Source: Planctomycetota bacterium (GTDB taxonomy: Bacteria > Planctomycetota > SZUA-567 > H5-PLA8). From it: a stretch of 64,000 bases of DNA. Both the position numbers and the translations under genes were made by a program. Below the pieces are notes generated by a model. It saw only the letters and a program-made list of their open reading frames with translations, did no database searches and was not told where the DNA came from. The stretch covers positions 1 to 64,000 of the forward strand of contig BTVV01000008.1 of NCBI GenBank assembly GCA_045863855.1, given 5' to 3'. Below are positions 38,802 through 48,635 of the stretch, one piece after another. Positions within the stretch are counted from its first letter, which is position 1. Each line of letters begins with the position of its first letter.

Positions 38802-40226
38802 GTGCTTGCGAACGCATACCACGGTAAGCGCGTGTTGGTGATGGGCTTGGGGCTCTTCGGCGGCGGAGTGGGCGCGGCGCGATTCTTCGCCGAAGCCGGT
38901 GCGAAGGTCACCGTCACCGATAAGCGTCATCCCGGCGATTTGAAGCCTTCGCTCGATGCGCTGAGCGATTTGAATATCCACTATGTGCTGGGCATGCACA
39001 GCCCCGACGATTTTCGGGCCGCCGATCTAGTCGTCGTGAACCCCGGCGTGCCCATCGACAGCCCGCTGGTGACCATGGCTCGCGGCGCCGGGGCGCAGAT
39101 CGAACGCGAAATCAACCTGCTCTTCAAGCTCACGCCTCATCATCCCAAACTGGGCGTCACCGGAAGCAACGGGAAGTCCACCACTACGGCCCTGTTGGGC
39201 GAGATGGTCAAGCTGGCCGATTCGCGCGCGCTGGTGGGCGGCAACATCGGCGGTTCGCTGCTGGCCGAGACGCGTGGCCTGGAGACGGGCGTCCCTCTGG
39301 TCCTTGAGCTTTCCAGCTTCATGCTCGAAGGCATGGCCGAATTGCGCGAAAGTCCGCAGGTGGCCGTTGTAACCAATCTCTCGCCCAATCACCTCGACCG
39401 TCATCGCACCGTCGAAAACTACTACGAGGCGAAGAAGGAGATTCTGAAGCACCAGGGTCCCGAAGATACCGCGGTGCTCAACGCCGAAGATCCCGAATTG
39501 GCGAAATGGGTCTCGCTGGTCAAGGGCCGGCTGATCTGGGTCAGCACCTCCTTCGAGCCCGAAGGCGATGCGGCCTTCGTCGAAGACGACCGCATGATCG
39601 TACGCATCGGCGGCGAGGAAGAAGTCGTCGGCATCGTTTCGGAACTGCGGCTGCCCGGTAAACATAACCTGTTCAATGCACTGGCTGCCAGCGCCGCTGC
39701 GCGTGCGCACGGCGTCCAGGCCTGGCAGATTGCCGAGGCGCTTGCGGCCTTCTGCGGCCTCCCGCACCGGCTCGAACTGGTCGCCCGAAGCGCCGATAAC
39801 GTCGCTTTTTACAACGACTCGATCGCCACGACGCCCGAATCCGCGATCTGCGCGCTCAACTCCTTCCAAGGCGCGGTGACGCTGATCGCGGGCGGCTACG
39901 ACAAGGGCAGTTCGTTCGAACAGCTTGGCGCGGCCATTGTGCGCAAAGCCCGGCGCGTGGTGCTGCTAGGCGCCACGGCGTCGCGCATCGAAGAGTCGAT
40001 CACGCGCGCCTCGCGCGACGGGGGCCGGCTTCCGCAAATTCAGCGCGCGCGCAACTTGGTCGACGCCGCTCGCATCGCTCACGACGGTGCGGCGCCCGGC
40101 GAGATTGTGCTGCTCTCTCCGGCTTGCGCAAGCTTCGACCAGTTCCGCAATTTTCAAGAGCGCGGCGAACTCTTTACGCACCTCGCCCGCGCCTTCGCCG
40201 CCTCGCGCGGCGCGCGTCTGGGGTAA
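38802..40226 (+). CDS. murD: UDP-N-acetylmuramoyl-L-alanine--D-glutamate ligase
   Basis: GLGLFGGG, GVTGSNGKSTT, LELSSF, NHLDRH, HRLE, NDSIAT, LLSPACASFDQF; start approximate. Confidence 0.96.
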   Translation: MLANAYHGKRVLVMGLGLFGGGVGAARFFAEAGAKVTVTDKRHPGDLKPSLDALSDLNIHYVLGMHSPDDFRAADLVVVNPGVPIDSPLVTMARGAGAQIEREINLLFKLTPHHPKLGVTGSNGKSTTTALLGEMVKLADSRALVGGNIGGSLLAETRGLETGVPLVLELSSFMLEGMAELRESPQVAVVTNLSPNHLDRHRTVENYYEAKKEILKHQGPEDTAVLNAEDPELAKWVSLVKGRLIWVSTSFEPEGDAAFVEDDRMIVRIGGEEEVVGIVSELRLPGKHNLFNALAASAAARAHGVQAWQIAEALAAFCGLPHRLELVARSADNVAFYNDSIATTPESAICALNSFQGAVTLIAGGYDKGSSFEQLGAAIVRKARRVVLLGATASRIEESITRASRDGGRLPQIQRARNLVDAARIAHDGAAPGEIVLLSPACASFDQFRNFQERGELFTHLARAFAASRGARLG

Positions 40227-40250
40227 TCGCACTTCCGGGGGGAATGCACC

Positions 40251-40412
40251 GTGGAATTGCTCTTTAGCGATACGTTCCTGTTGATTTTGGCCGTCACGAT
40301 CCTGCTGATCGGGGCAGCCGGGTTTTGGCTTGAGCAACGCAGCGCCGCGCGGCTCCGACGCGGGTTGTATATTCTGGATGCCAAACGTCCGGCAACCAAA
40401 CGCAAACGCTGA
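40251..40412 (+). CDS. Small (53 aa) single-TM membrane protein, absent from the ORF track
   Basis: GTG start after a G-rich SD; MELLFSDTFLLILAVTILLIGAAGFWLEQ...KRPATKRKR. Confidence 0.55.
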   Translation: MELLFSDTFLLILAVTILLIGAAGFWLEQRSAARLRRGLYILDAKRPATKRKR

Positions 40413-40503
40413 TCCGCCGGGGCTTCCGCGCCCTCTCGCTTGTCACGTGCTTCCGCGGCCTTAGAGTAATGCCAGAGTCGGCCCGGGAGACGTCTGCGCG
40501 CGC

Positions 40504-43290
40504 ATGCCCACTTCAGCCGCCGGGACATCCATAATCCGCCCTAAGACAGTTGAGGTCGACGATGCCTTCGGAGCCCTCGAGAAGGCGTTAAGCGATCTCT
40601 CGCCCGGTTCCGCACCGGGTCTTTCGGTGCTGGGGGCACTGAAAGGCACGTGGGCGGCCGTACGCAGACACTCTGTGGCGCTTAATAAGGTCGCCGGCGG
40701 AGGCGAAGCAGGCCTGTTTCTTTCCGATCACGCCGACCGGATGCTCCGCACGCTGCTCGATTTTGCCGGCGCGCGGGCGCAAATGCGCCGTGGCACGCCG
40801 GGCGTGGCTCTGCTGGCCATGGGCAGCTACGGGCGGCGGGAGATGTCGCCCTATTCGGATCTCGACGTGCTGGTCCTGTACTCCGGCTCGGCCGCTCCCG
40901 AAAGCGAGACCAAGCTCGATACGCTGCTCGGCGGCCTGATCCGTCCGTTGTGGGACGCCGGCTTTACGCTCGGCCATGCCGTGCGCACACCCGAAGAGTG
41001 CATCGCGATCATGGAAGAAGGGGTCGCCGGCGACCTGGCCCTGGAGACCGCCACGGCCTTGCTGGAGGCGCGCTTCGTCTCGGGCGATACGGTGCTCGCC
41101 AACCTCTTTTTGAAAAAAGATCTGCCCGACTTTTTCAAAGCGCGCGGGCGGCCTTTCGTCGAGGCCAAACTCGAGGAAACGTTGCAGCGCCACCGCCGTT
41201 TGGGCGCATCGATCTATCGCACGCAGCCGAACTTGAAGGAAAGCCCCGGGGCGCTGCGCGATTTCCAGCTTTCGCTATGGATCGACCGCGCCAGCCAGCT
41301 TTCGGGGCATCTGCCGCGGCTGGAGAAGCGCCCGCTGGTGAGCGAAGAGATCGTCCGCGAGGCACGCGCAGGGTACGAACGGCTTACCACCTTCCGCACC
41401 GGCCTTCACGGAGCCTGCGGGCGCAAGCAGGATGTCCTCGATTACCAGATGCAAGCCAGTCTCGCGAAGGAACTGGGTTACCCCGACACCGAAGAGTGGC
41501 GCGGCAGCGAACTGCTGCTGCGCGATTACTTCACGGCCGCCACGGCCATCCATCGCCTCGCCGATACGGTGATCCGCCGCTATCGCGAAGAACGCGCGCT
41601 GGCCGAACGTGACATCGAACAATTGCGCCGCCGGCCGCTCGACCGCAACTTCACGCGCATTGGCGACCACCTGTACATGGCCCGGCGCGACGTGTTTGCG
41701 GGGGCCGATTGGCTGGTCCCGGCGATGCAGGCATTTCACCACATGGCGCGGCTGGGCATCTCGCTGGCGCAAGAAATCCGCACCGCGATTCGCGCCCGTG
41801 TGCTCGAACTGGACGAAAAATCGCGGCGTCATCCGGAAGCCGCACGGCTGTTCGTCGAATTGCTCGGCCGGCGTGCGGGCGTGGGACGGGCGCTGCGCGG
41901 CATGCGCAACGTCGGCCTGCTGGGCGAATACCTGCCCGAATTCGGCGCCGTCCAGGGTCTGGTGATCCTCGACGTTTTTCACGACTTCACCGTCGATGAG
42001 CACACGCTCTTCGTCGTCGACTATGTCGACCGCCTGTACGCGACAGGCGATCCAGCCGACCGCTTCAAACGCGAACTCCTCGAGCGGCAGGATCGCTTGC
42101 ACGTGCTGCGGCTGGCCTGTCTCTGCCACGACCTGGGCAAATCCCGCGGCGGGCCAGGGCACAGCAAGCGCGGCGCGTTGATGATTCCGCTCATCGCCGA
42201 ACGCCTGGGCCTGCCCGAACGGGATACCCGCACGCTGATCTGGCTCGTCGATAATCACCTGCTCTTTTCGAAGACCAGCCTGCGGCGCGATACGGCCGAT
42301 CCCAAGCTGCTGGAGGAACTCACCGAGCAAATTCGCACCCGCGAACGGCTCGATTTGCTTTACCTGCTTACCTGCGCCGATATTTCGGCGGTGGGGCAGG
42401 GGAGCTTCACACATTGGAAGGACGAACTGCTCCGCGAATTGTACAAGCGCATGGAGCTGACCCTGGAGCCGCAACCGGGCGCCGCGGAGCCGGCGCCTCA
42501 TGCGCCCGGGCACTTGGAAGCCGAACTGCTGGCCGGCGCCGAGAGCGAGGGCGAACGTGAGGCGATCCGCCGGCACCTCCAGCAGGTACCCAGCCGATAT
42601 TTAGTGGAAGTCAGTCTGGACGAAGCGCGCCTGCATCTGCGCCTGGTCGGGCAATTAGTGGCGCGCAAACGCGAAGCGCTCGCCGCCGTCTTGGGCGAAG
42701 GCCCGCTCGTCGATGTCTGGGTGGTCACCACCGATAAAGCCAAGCGTTTCGCGCAGATTACCGGCGCGTTCCTCGGCATGGGTGTGAACATTGTCAGCGC
42801 CGTCGCGTACACGCGGCAGGACGGTTTGATTCTCGACCAGTTCAAAGTCAGCCTGCCGCAAGACGGCGCGGTAGTGCCCGACGAAACGTTTTGGCGCAAG
42901 GTCTGCGACGAGATCGAGCGAACGCTGGAAGGGCACACCGATATCCGCGCCAAGATCGAGACCGTCCGCCGCCGCATTCCGCGCGTGCCGCAGATCACCC
43001 GTGCCATCGAACCCGAGATCAAGTTCGACAACAAGCTCTCCGAGGAGTACACGATCCTGGACATCGTTTGCGGCGACCGCATCGGGCTGCTGTACGGTCT
43101 CTCGCGCGCCTTGTCCGACTTGGGCTGCGATATTCACTTCGCCAAGGTCGATACCAACCGGGGCTTGTGCAACGCGGTCTATTACGTGCGCGAGATGAAC
43201 GGCGGCAAGATCGAAGACGCCGAAAAGATTCACGTGATCCGGCTGCTGCTCAAAGCGGTCGCCAACGAGTTCCAAGCCGCGCAGCGGTGA
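40504..43290 (+). CDS. glnD: [Protein-PII] uridylyltransferase
   Basis: GSYGRREMSPYSDLD, NLKESPGALRD, HDFTVDEH, HDLGK, two ACT domains (DRIGLLY). Confidence 0.93.
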   Translation: MPTSAAGTSIIRPKTVEVDDAFGALEKALSDLSPGSAPGLSVLGALKGTWAAVRRHSVALNKVAGGGEAGLFLSDHADRMLRTLLDFAGARAQMRRGTPGVALLAMGSYGRREMSPYSDLDVLVLYSGSAAPESETKLDTLLGGLIRPLWDAGFTLGHAVRTPEECIAIMEEGVAGDLALETATALLEARFVSGDTVLANLFLKKDLPDFFKARGRPFVEAKLEETLQRHRRLGASIYRTQPNLKESPGALRDFQLSLWIDRASQLSGHLPRLEKRPLVSEEIVREARAGYERLTTFRTGLHGACGRKQDVLDYQMQASLAKELGYPDTEEWRGSELLLRDYFTAATAIHRLADTVIRRYREERALAERDIEQLRRRPLDRNFTRIGDHLYMARRDVFAGADWLVPAMQAFHHMARLGISLAQEIRTAIRARVLELDEKSRRHPEAARLFVELLGRRAGVGRALRGMRNVGLLGEYLPEFGAVQGLVILDVFHDFTVDEHTLFVVDYVDRLYATGDPADRFKRELLERQDRLHVLRLACLCHDLGKSRGGPGHSKRGALMIPLIAERLGLPERDTRTLIWLVDNHLLFSKTSLRRDTADPKLLEELTEQIRTRERLDLLYLLTCADISAVGQGSFTHWKDELLRELYKRMELTLEPQPGAAEPAPHAPGHLEAELLAGAESEGEREAIRRHLQQVPSRYLVEVSLDEARLHLRLVGQLVARKREALAAVLGEGPLVDVWVVTTDKAKRFAQITGAFLGMGVNIVSAVAYTRQDGLILDQFKVSLPQDGAVVPDETFWRKVCDEIERTLEGHTDIRAKIETVRRRIPRVPQITRAIEPEIKFDNKLSEEYTILDIVCGDRIGLLYGLSRALSDLGCDIHFAKVDTNRGLCNAVYYVREMNGGKIEDAEKIHVIRLLLKAVANEFQAAQR

Positions 43291-43380
43291 GGGCCTCAAA
43301 CGCAAGACGTAACGAGCGGCTGGCGGCACGTATGGGCAAGCGCTCTGCCTTGGCCGTGCATACGCTATACGTCTTACGTA

Positions 43381-45219
43381 TCAAGCTTTGCTCGCACTCT
43401 GCTTGTGAACGCGGCCGACGAAGAACGGCCCGAGCGACTCCATCCATTTTCCGGTCTGCTGCGTCTTGCGCATCTCCTGCACCAGCCTCGAGAGCGGGTA
43501 CAGGTCCGGCCCGACGAGCCCCAGCACGAACTCGTTGTCGTGCGTGTCGAGTCCGTAGCAGGCCAAGCGGATGTCCTGCGCGTAGCCGCATTTCCCGTAG
43601 GTGCGGCCGATCATGGCGTGCTCGAAGAGCATCTTTCCTTGCTCGGACGCCGGCAGCAGCGCGAACTCCGATTTGCGCCGCAGCGGGTACCAGACCGCCC
43701 AGGGATATTCGGGATTCAGCGCGTTGCGGCGCGGCTTGACCAGCAGCCAGTCCAGCAGATCGGGCTCGCGTCCGGCGCTGTAGGTCCGCCCGATCATGGT
43801 CATTTCAGGCTTGTGGCGCAGCTTCAAAAACGCGTCCGAGGTGAGCGCTTCGCGGAAGGTGGTGGTGAAGAGGTCCGGATCTTCGACGATTGCCAGCACT
43901 CCCACGCCGGCGGGATCGACTACGTCGCGGTAGAGCACGTACTCGACGCCGCTCTTGTCGAGCGCTCCGACGAGCGCATCCGGATTGGCGCAGCCGGTGT
44001 AGACCTGGAGCTGCAAATACAGCCGCCGGTCGCTCGCTTGCGTGACGCCCATCACCGGAGCGCCCTTTTCTCGAATGTCGCGCGGGTCGTCGGCGTAGGT
44101 CAGATCGCGGTCGGGCTGGATGTTCCAGCGCTTTGCGACATCCTCCAGCTTCAGATTCAGCGGCCACTGGTCGCCCAGCGTGCGGCCCAGGTAGCCCGGG
44201 TTGCCGCCCTTCAGGGCCATGCAGTTGCGGTTGTCGCCCAGCGCCGTCATCTCTTCGACCGTCTTGCGCGAAAGCTCCTTCGTTTTCGGCAGCGCGCCGA
44301 GTTGTTCGGCGAGTTGCTCGACGCGCGGCGCCGACGGATCGGCTTCTTGCACCAGCGTGGGAACCACGCTCTTCACCGCCGGTTGCGCAAGGCACCAGCG
44401 GCAGGCGAGTTGGAAGAGGTTCATGTCTTCCTGCTTCGCGATCTCCTCGAAGCGTACCAGCTTCGGCTGCGCAGCTTCCACCCAGCCCGCCGGGCGAAAC
44501 GAGCGGTGGTCGTGGCGGCTGAGCTTCACGCCCGGCTTCAAGCCGCCCAGGAACAGCCCGCCGTAATCGACCACGCGCGTGATCACATCCACGTGGTACT
44601 TCTCGGCCGCCGGCAGCGCCAACCCGCCCGGCCACGGCTCCAATGGATTCAAGATCAGCATCGCCCAATCGATCAAGCTTCCGTATTGCTCGAAGCACTG
44701 AATCACGTCCAGCGTGAACCCGTTGGCCGGTCCCGGCGCCAGTCCCAGCAACTCGGTCTTGCCGCTCTCGCGAATCTTTTCGAGCGTGCGCCAGACGGTC
44801 TCGTGCGTGTAGCCGGTCTGGTCGGGATTGTGCAGGAAGAGCAGATCCAAGCGGTCGGTGCCCAACCGCTCCAGTTGCTTGTCGACGGCCATGTTCAGAT
44901 AGTCGGCGTACTCGTTCGGACCGCGCAGTTCGGGATCGGTGAAGCGCGGATACGCCTCGTCCTCGCGCTGCCCTTCGTAGAAATCGTGCCCCACTGCGCC
45001 GATCAGGCAGTACGTATCGCGCTTGAACGGCTCCAGCGCCCGGCCCAGGAGCGTATCCGCGGCGCCGCAACCGTAGGTGTCGGCCGTCATGAACGATCGG
45101 ATTCCCGCCTCGTACGAATGCCGGACAAGGTCGATGAAACGCTCCTCGCCCACATTTTCGCCGAAGCTCATGAAGCGTCCGCCGCTCCAGACCCCGAAGC
45201 ACGTCATCGTCGGTTGCAT
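43381..45219 (-). CDS. Aldo/keto reductase fused to chlorite-dismutase/coproheme-decarboxylase-like domain
   Basis: AKR: TADTYG, LERLGTDRLDLLFLHNPD; C-terminal WYPLRR, EHAMIGR, YGLD...NEFV, LVQEMR, FFVGR. Confidence 0.82.
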   Translation of the reverse strand: MQPTMTCFGVWSGGRFMSFGENVGEERFIDLVRHSYEAGIRSFMTADTYGCGAADTLLGRALEPFKRDTYCLIGAVGHDFYEGQREDEAYPRFTDPELRGPNEYADYLNMAVDKQLERLGTDRLDLLFLHNPDQTGYTHETVWRTLEKIRESGKTELLGLAPGPANGFTLDVIQCFEQYGSLIDWAMLILNPLEPWPGGLALPAAEKYHVDVITRVVDYGGLFLGGLKPGVKLSRHDHRSFRPAGWVEAAQPKLVRFEEIAKQEDMNLFQLACRWCLAQPAVKSVVPTLVQEADPSAPRVEQLAEQLGALPKTKELSRKTVEEMTALGDNRNCMALKGGNPGYLGRTLGDQWPLNLKLEDVAKRWNIQPDRDLTYADDPRDIREKGAPVMGVTQASDRRLYLQLQVYTGCANPDALVGALDKSGVEYVLYRDVVDPAGVGVLAIVEDPDLFTTTFREALTSDAFLKLRHKPEMTMIGRTYSAGREPDLLDWLLVKPRRNALNPEYPWAVWYPLRRKSEFALLPASEQGKMLFEHAMIGRTYGKCGYAQDIRLACYGLDTHDNEFVLGLVGPDLYPLSRLVQEMRKTQQTGKWMESLGPFFVGRVHKQSASKA

Positions 45220-45290
45220 GGCCCGCCCTTCCTTCTCATTCCAACCAAGGACTTGTATTTCACCGGTTACTGTTCACTGTTTACTTGCCG

Positions 45291-45596
45291 TTAATGCGGT
45301 CTGCCGCCCATCGCCTGCGGAGTGTACACGGGGTGTTTCGGCGGACCTGCGAGGATATCGCGCCCAAAGTTCTGCGCCGACTTGAACGCGTCCGAGGCCA
45401 TGAAGGTGCGGAAATCTTCCGGCTTGTCCCAATTGCTGTAGATCATCAGGCTGTTGGGCTTCTGGACGTCCCGGTAAAGCCGGGTTTCGAGGTGTCCCTG
45501 CATCCCTTGCATCGCGGCCAGCACCTTCAGGGCGTAGTCCTCGAAGGTCTTCAGGTGCTCGGGCTTCACGTCGTAATTGAGGCCAAACGTAACCAT
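45291..45596 (-). CDS. Antibiotic biosynthesis monooxygenase (ABM) domain protein
   Basis: VKPEH, GHLETRLY, YSNW, SDAF; AAGGA SD. Confidence 0.85.
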   Translation of the reverse strand: MVTFGLNYDVKPEHLKTFEDYALKVLAAMQGMQGHLETRLYRDVQKPNSLMIYSNWDKPEDFRTFMASDAFKSAQNFGRDILAGPPKHPVYTPQAMGGRPH

Positions 45597-45736
45597 GGGT
45601 AGAGTCCTTTCTCAGTCCAGGAAAATTAAGACAAGCACGGGAAGCGTTGTACCCCACGCTCGCGGGCGAGTCAAAAGAGGATGAGCGGGTCTGTATACAG
45701 CCCTTGGCGCGGCGAGACCGATTTCGAAACGTGCGC

Positions 45737-46582
45737 TTACTCGCCCTTGCGTTTGGTCCGCGGCAGGCGGGTTTTGGTGGGTGCGCGAGGTTTCTTGACC
45801 GGCTTGGATTCGTTCTCGGTTTCCTCTTTTGCCGCTTCGGCCGCCGCTTCTTCGGCGGCATGGGCGTCGCGCGCCGCCTGAAGGTCTTCGGCGCTGAAGA
45901 ACGCGAGCAGGTCATCCGGAACCGGACCCGGTCCGAAGTTCGGCTTGAATTCCACCTCCAGCGCCGCGGCAAGCTCCTTGGCCTCCTCGTGAATCTCCAG
46001 CAACGCCGTCTCGTACGGCTTCAGTCGCGCCGCTTCCTCGGTGGGTATCTGCGCATACCCCTCGCGCCGCGCGAACGTCACCCCGCCGTAAGGCCGCGGT
46101 AAGACGACGCACGCATCGAGGTGCCACAGCCGCGGATCGCGCTTATCTTTCCATGATGCGCAGAGCACGTGCTCGGCTTTGCAGTGCACTTCGCGTTTGA
46201 ACGGAATCCACAAAAACGTGCGCCCCGTGACGATCCGCTCGCTTTCGATGCGCATCCGGCGGCGGTCGCTGATCGTCCCGATGCCTTTAAGAATCACGAC
46301 GGCGCCCGCCAGGCCCAGGACACCCGCGATGAGGTAACGCGGCGTCTCGGTCATCGCCTCCGAGCGGTACAGGAGATAGCCCGCCACCGCCAGCACCGCT
46401 CCCGCGAACGCGATGATGAAGGATACTTCGAACGGCTTGCGGTCCGTCCAGCCCTCCACGCAGCCGTTGCGTGATTCGGTCACCCGGTAAAGCGGAGGGT
46501 CTTGGGGCTCGTAACGCGGAGCCTTTTTCAAGCTCGCGACGTTTCCGCCCACCTTGACTTCGTAGGTCATTCGGCCGGCCAT
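45737..46582 (-). CDS. Hypothetical membrane protein (2 TM, charged tail)
   Basis: Two hydrophobic segments; AAGGA SD before ATG 46582. Confidence 0.6.
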   Translation of the reverse strand: MAGRMTYEVKVGGNVASLKKAPRYEPQDPPLYRVTESRNGCVEGWTDRKPFEVSFIIAFAGAVLAVAGYLLYRSEAMTETPRYLIAGVLGLAGAVVILKGIGTISDRRRMRIESERIVTGRTFLWIPFKREVHCKAEHVLCASWKDKRDPRLWHLDACVVLPRPYGGVTFARREGYAQIPTEEAARLKPYETALLEIHEEAKELAAALEVEFKPNFGPGPVPDDLLAFFSAEDLQAARDAHAAEEAAAEAAKEETENESKPVKKPRAPTKTRLPRTKRKGE

Positions 46583-46722
46583 GAGCGTATCCTTGTATAG
46601 CTGCGTGGAACATGTTCTAGAGTTCAAGCTCCTATGTAATACCAGCCTAGTTGCCACCGTCCAGCCCTGGAGTCGGGCGCTCGCAACTGGAATCTGGAAG
46701 CGCACGCGGCACAATCGGGTCG

Positions 46723-47760
46723 ATGAAGCACGTCCTCGTCACCGGCGCCAACGGCCACGTTGGCTACAACCTCGTTCAACTGCTCCGTGAGAAGGGTTAC
46801 CGGGTCCGAGCGGGCGTACGCGATCCGCGCGACGACTCGAAAGCCGGGCGCCTTCGCGACTTGGGCGCCGAACCCGTGGCCGCCGATCTGCTCGATCCGG
46901 CTTCGCTTCGCGCGGCCATGGACGGTGTGGACGGGCTTTTTCAGGTCGCCGCGGTGTACCAGACTTATGCGCGCGACCCTGAAGCCGAGATCGTTCGCCC
47001 TACCGTCGAAGGTTCGCGCAACGCTTTGCGCGCCGCACGGGAGGCCGGCGTTAAGAAGATCGTTTACACCAGTTCCATCGCCGCCGTCGGAAGCGATGCG
47101 CCCTTCGATAAGCCGCTCACCGAGAACGATTGGAACGACGCCGCGCCCAGCCCCTACTTTCGAGCGAAGGTCCAGTCCGAACGCGAAGCTTGGGCCTTTG
47201 CGCAAGCCCACGGGCTGGATCTGGTCACCATCAACCCCGGCGCCATCATCGGCCCAGGCTTCTGGCGCCATACGCCCAGCACGCTTTCGTTCGAACTGCT
47301 GCTGCGCCGCAAGCTCCCGCTCGTCCTGCCGTTGGGTTTCTGTTTCGTGGATGTCCGCGACGTGGCCGCCGCGCACCTGCTGGCGTACGAACGCGACGAC
47401 GCCCGCGGGCGGTACCTGGCCGTGGACGCATTCGTTACGATGCGGGAACTGATGGAGGTTGTGCGCGAACTGTACCCCGATCTGAAGCCGCCGCGGACCG
47501 TCGTACCGCGAGCGCTGCTGCCCGCGGTCGCGGCGCTCGACTGCCTGGGGCATACCTTTGCCGGGATGCCGCGCCAAGTCACGATGTCGATGGTTCGCGA
47601 ATTGGGCGGTAAGTACCAGCGCGCCAGCAGCGCCAAACTCCGCAGTGAACTGGGCTGGCAGCCGATCGACTTCAAGCAAAGCCTGCGTGACACCATGGAA
47701 TGGGTACGGGGGCAGTTTATAGATCTGACAGATACGAGAAAGGAACCGGCGCTTGGCTAG
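46723..47760 (+). CDS. NAD-dependent epimerase/dehydratase (DFR/CCR-like extended SDR)
   Basis: VLVTGANGHVG, YTSS, YFRAK, VDVRDVA. Confidence 0.9.
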   Translation: MKHVLVTGANGHVGYNLVQLLREKGYRVRAGVRDPRDDSKAGRLRDLGAEPVAADLLDPASLRAAMDGVDGLFQVAAVYQTYARDPEAEIVRPTVEGSRNALRAAREAGVKKIVYTSSIAAVGSDAPFDKPLTENDWNDAAPSPYFRAKVQSEREAWAFAQAHGLDLVTINPGAIIGPGFWRHTPSTLSFELLLRRKLPLVLPLGFCFVDVRDVAAAHLLAYERDDARGRYLAVDAFVTMRELMEVVRELYPDLKPPRTVVPRALLPAVAALDCLGHTFAGMPRQVTMSMVRELGGKYQRASSAKLRSELGWQPIDFKQSLRDTMEWVRGQFIDLTDTRKEPALG

Positions 47761-48451
47761 TACGTGCAACATCCTCTTCATCGGCAACAGCTACACGTTT
47801 CAGAACGATCTGCCCCGCACGCTCACCCGGCTCGTGGCCGACGACGGCGGCGATCTGCAGCTCCGCACCGAGTTCGTCGGCGCGGGCGGCTGGACCTTCG
47901 AGCAGCATTGGGAACAATCGACCACGCGCCGCGCCGCCGTCGAGCGCGGCGGATGGGATTACGTGGTGCTTCAGGAGCAGACGCGGCGTCCGTACGAGGA
48001 CACGCCCAAGTTCAAAAGCTACGCCACGCGTTTCGACGCCCTGATTCGCTCCGTCGGAGCGAAAACCGTGCTCTACCTCACGTGGGCGCCTGGCAACGAA
48101 CTCGATAAACAGGAGCCGCTCAACGCAGCCTACGGCAGCTTGGGGCATGAGCTGCATGCGCCGGTGATTCCCGCCGGTCCGGCCTTTGCAGCCACGCGCG
48201 CCGCGAATCATCCCGTGCGGTTGTACGGCGGCGACGGGCGGCATCCGTCCCAAGCGGGCACGTACCTCGCCGCCTGCGTGTTTTATGCCTGGCTGCGCGA
48301 ACGCAGCCCCGAAGGGCGTGCGTGGCAAGTATTCGACGAAGCCGACGCATTTCAGTCCTTCGATGCCGGCGGCGCGCAACGGCTCCAGCGCACCGCATGG
48401 GAAACGTGGCAAGCATGGAAGGCGGAGCGCGGCGGCAGGCATAAAAAATAA
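47753..48451 (+). CDS. SGNH/GDSL-like hydrolase
   Basis: ILFIGNSYT, WDYVVLQEQ, DGRHPS; TTG start overlapping the upstream gene. Confidence 0.82.
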   Translation: MASTCNILFIGNSYTFQNDLPRTLTRLVADDGGDLQLRTEFVGAGGWTFEQHWEQSTTRRAAVERGGWDYVVLQEQTRRPYEDTPKFKSYATRFDALIRSVGAKTVLYLTWAPGNELDKQEPLNAAYGSLGHELHAPVIPAGPAFAATRAANHPVRLYGGDGRHPSQAGTYLAACVFYAWLRERSPEGRAWQVFDEADAFQSFDAGGAQRLQRTAWETWQAWKAERGGRHKK

Positions 48452-48477
48452 ACGCTCTCCCGTGGGCAGGGAGAGCG
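48441..48477 (-). terminator. Rho-independent terminator
   Basis: CGCTCTCCC-7 nt-GGGAGAGCG preceded by an A-tract. Confidence 0.6.
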
Positions 48478-48635
48478 GAAGTTGGGCGGGCCGGGACCGT
48501 TCACAGCCGGCGTCGCAACCCCCTGCATCGCGCGCCATAGGGCGCGCCATGCCGAGCACGCTGCAGGGTTCCTTCGCCGCGCCTGATGGAAGCTCGCCTT
48601 TCCTCGCTCTTCTGTGCGCACCATCGCCCGGAAGT

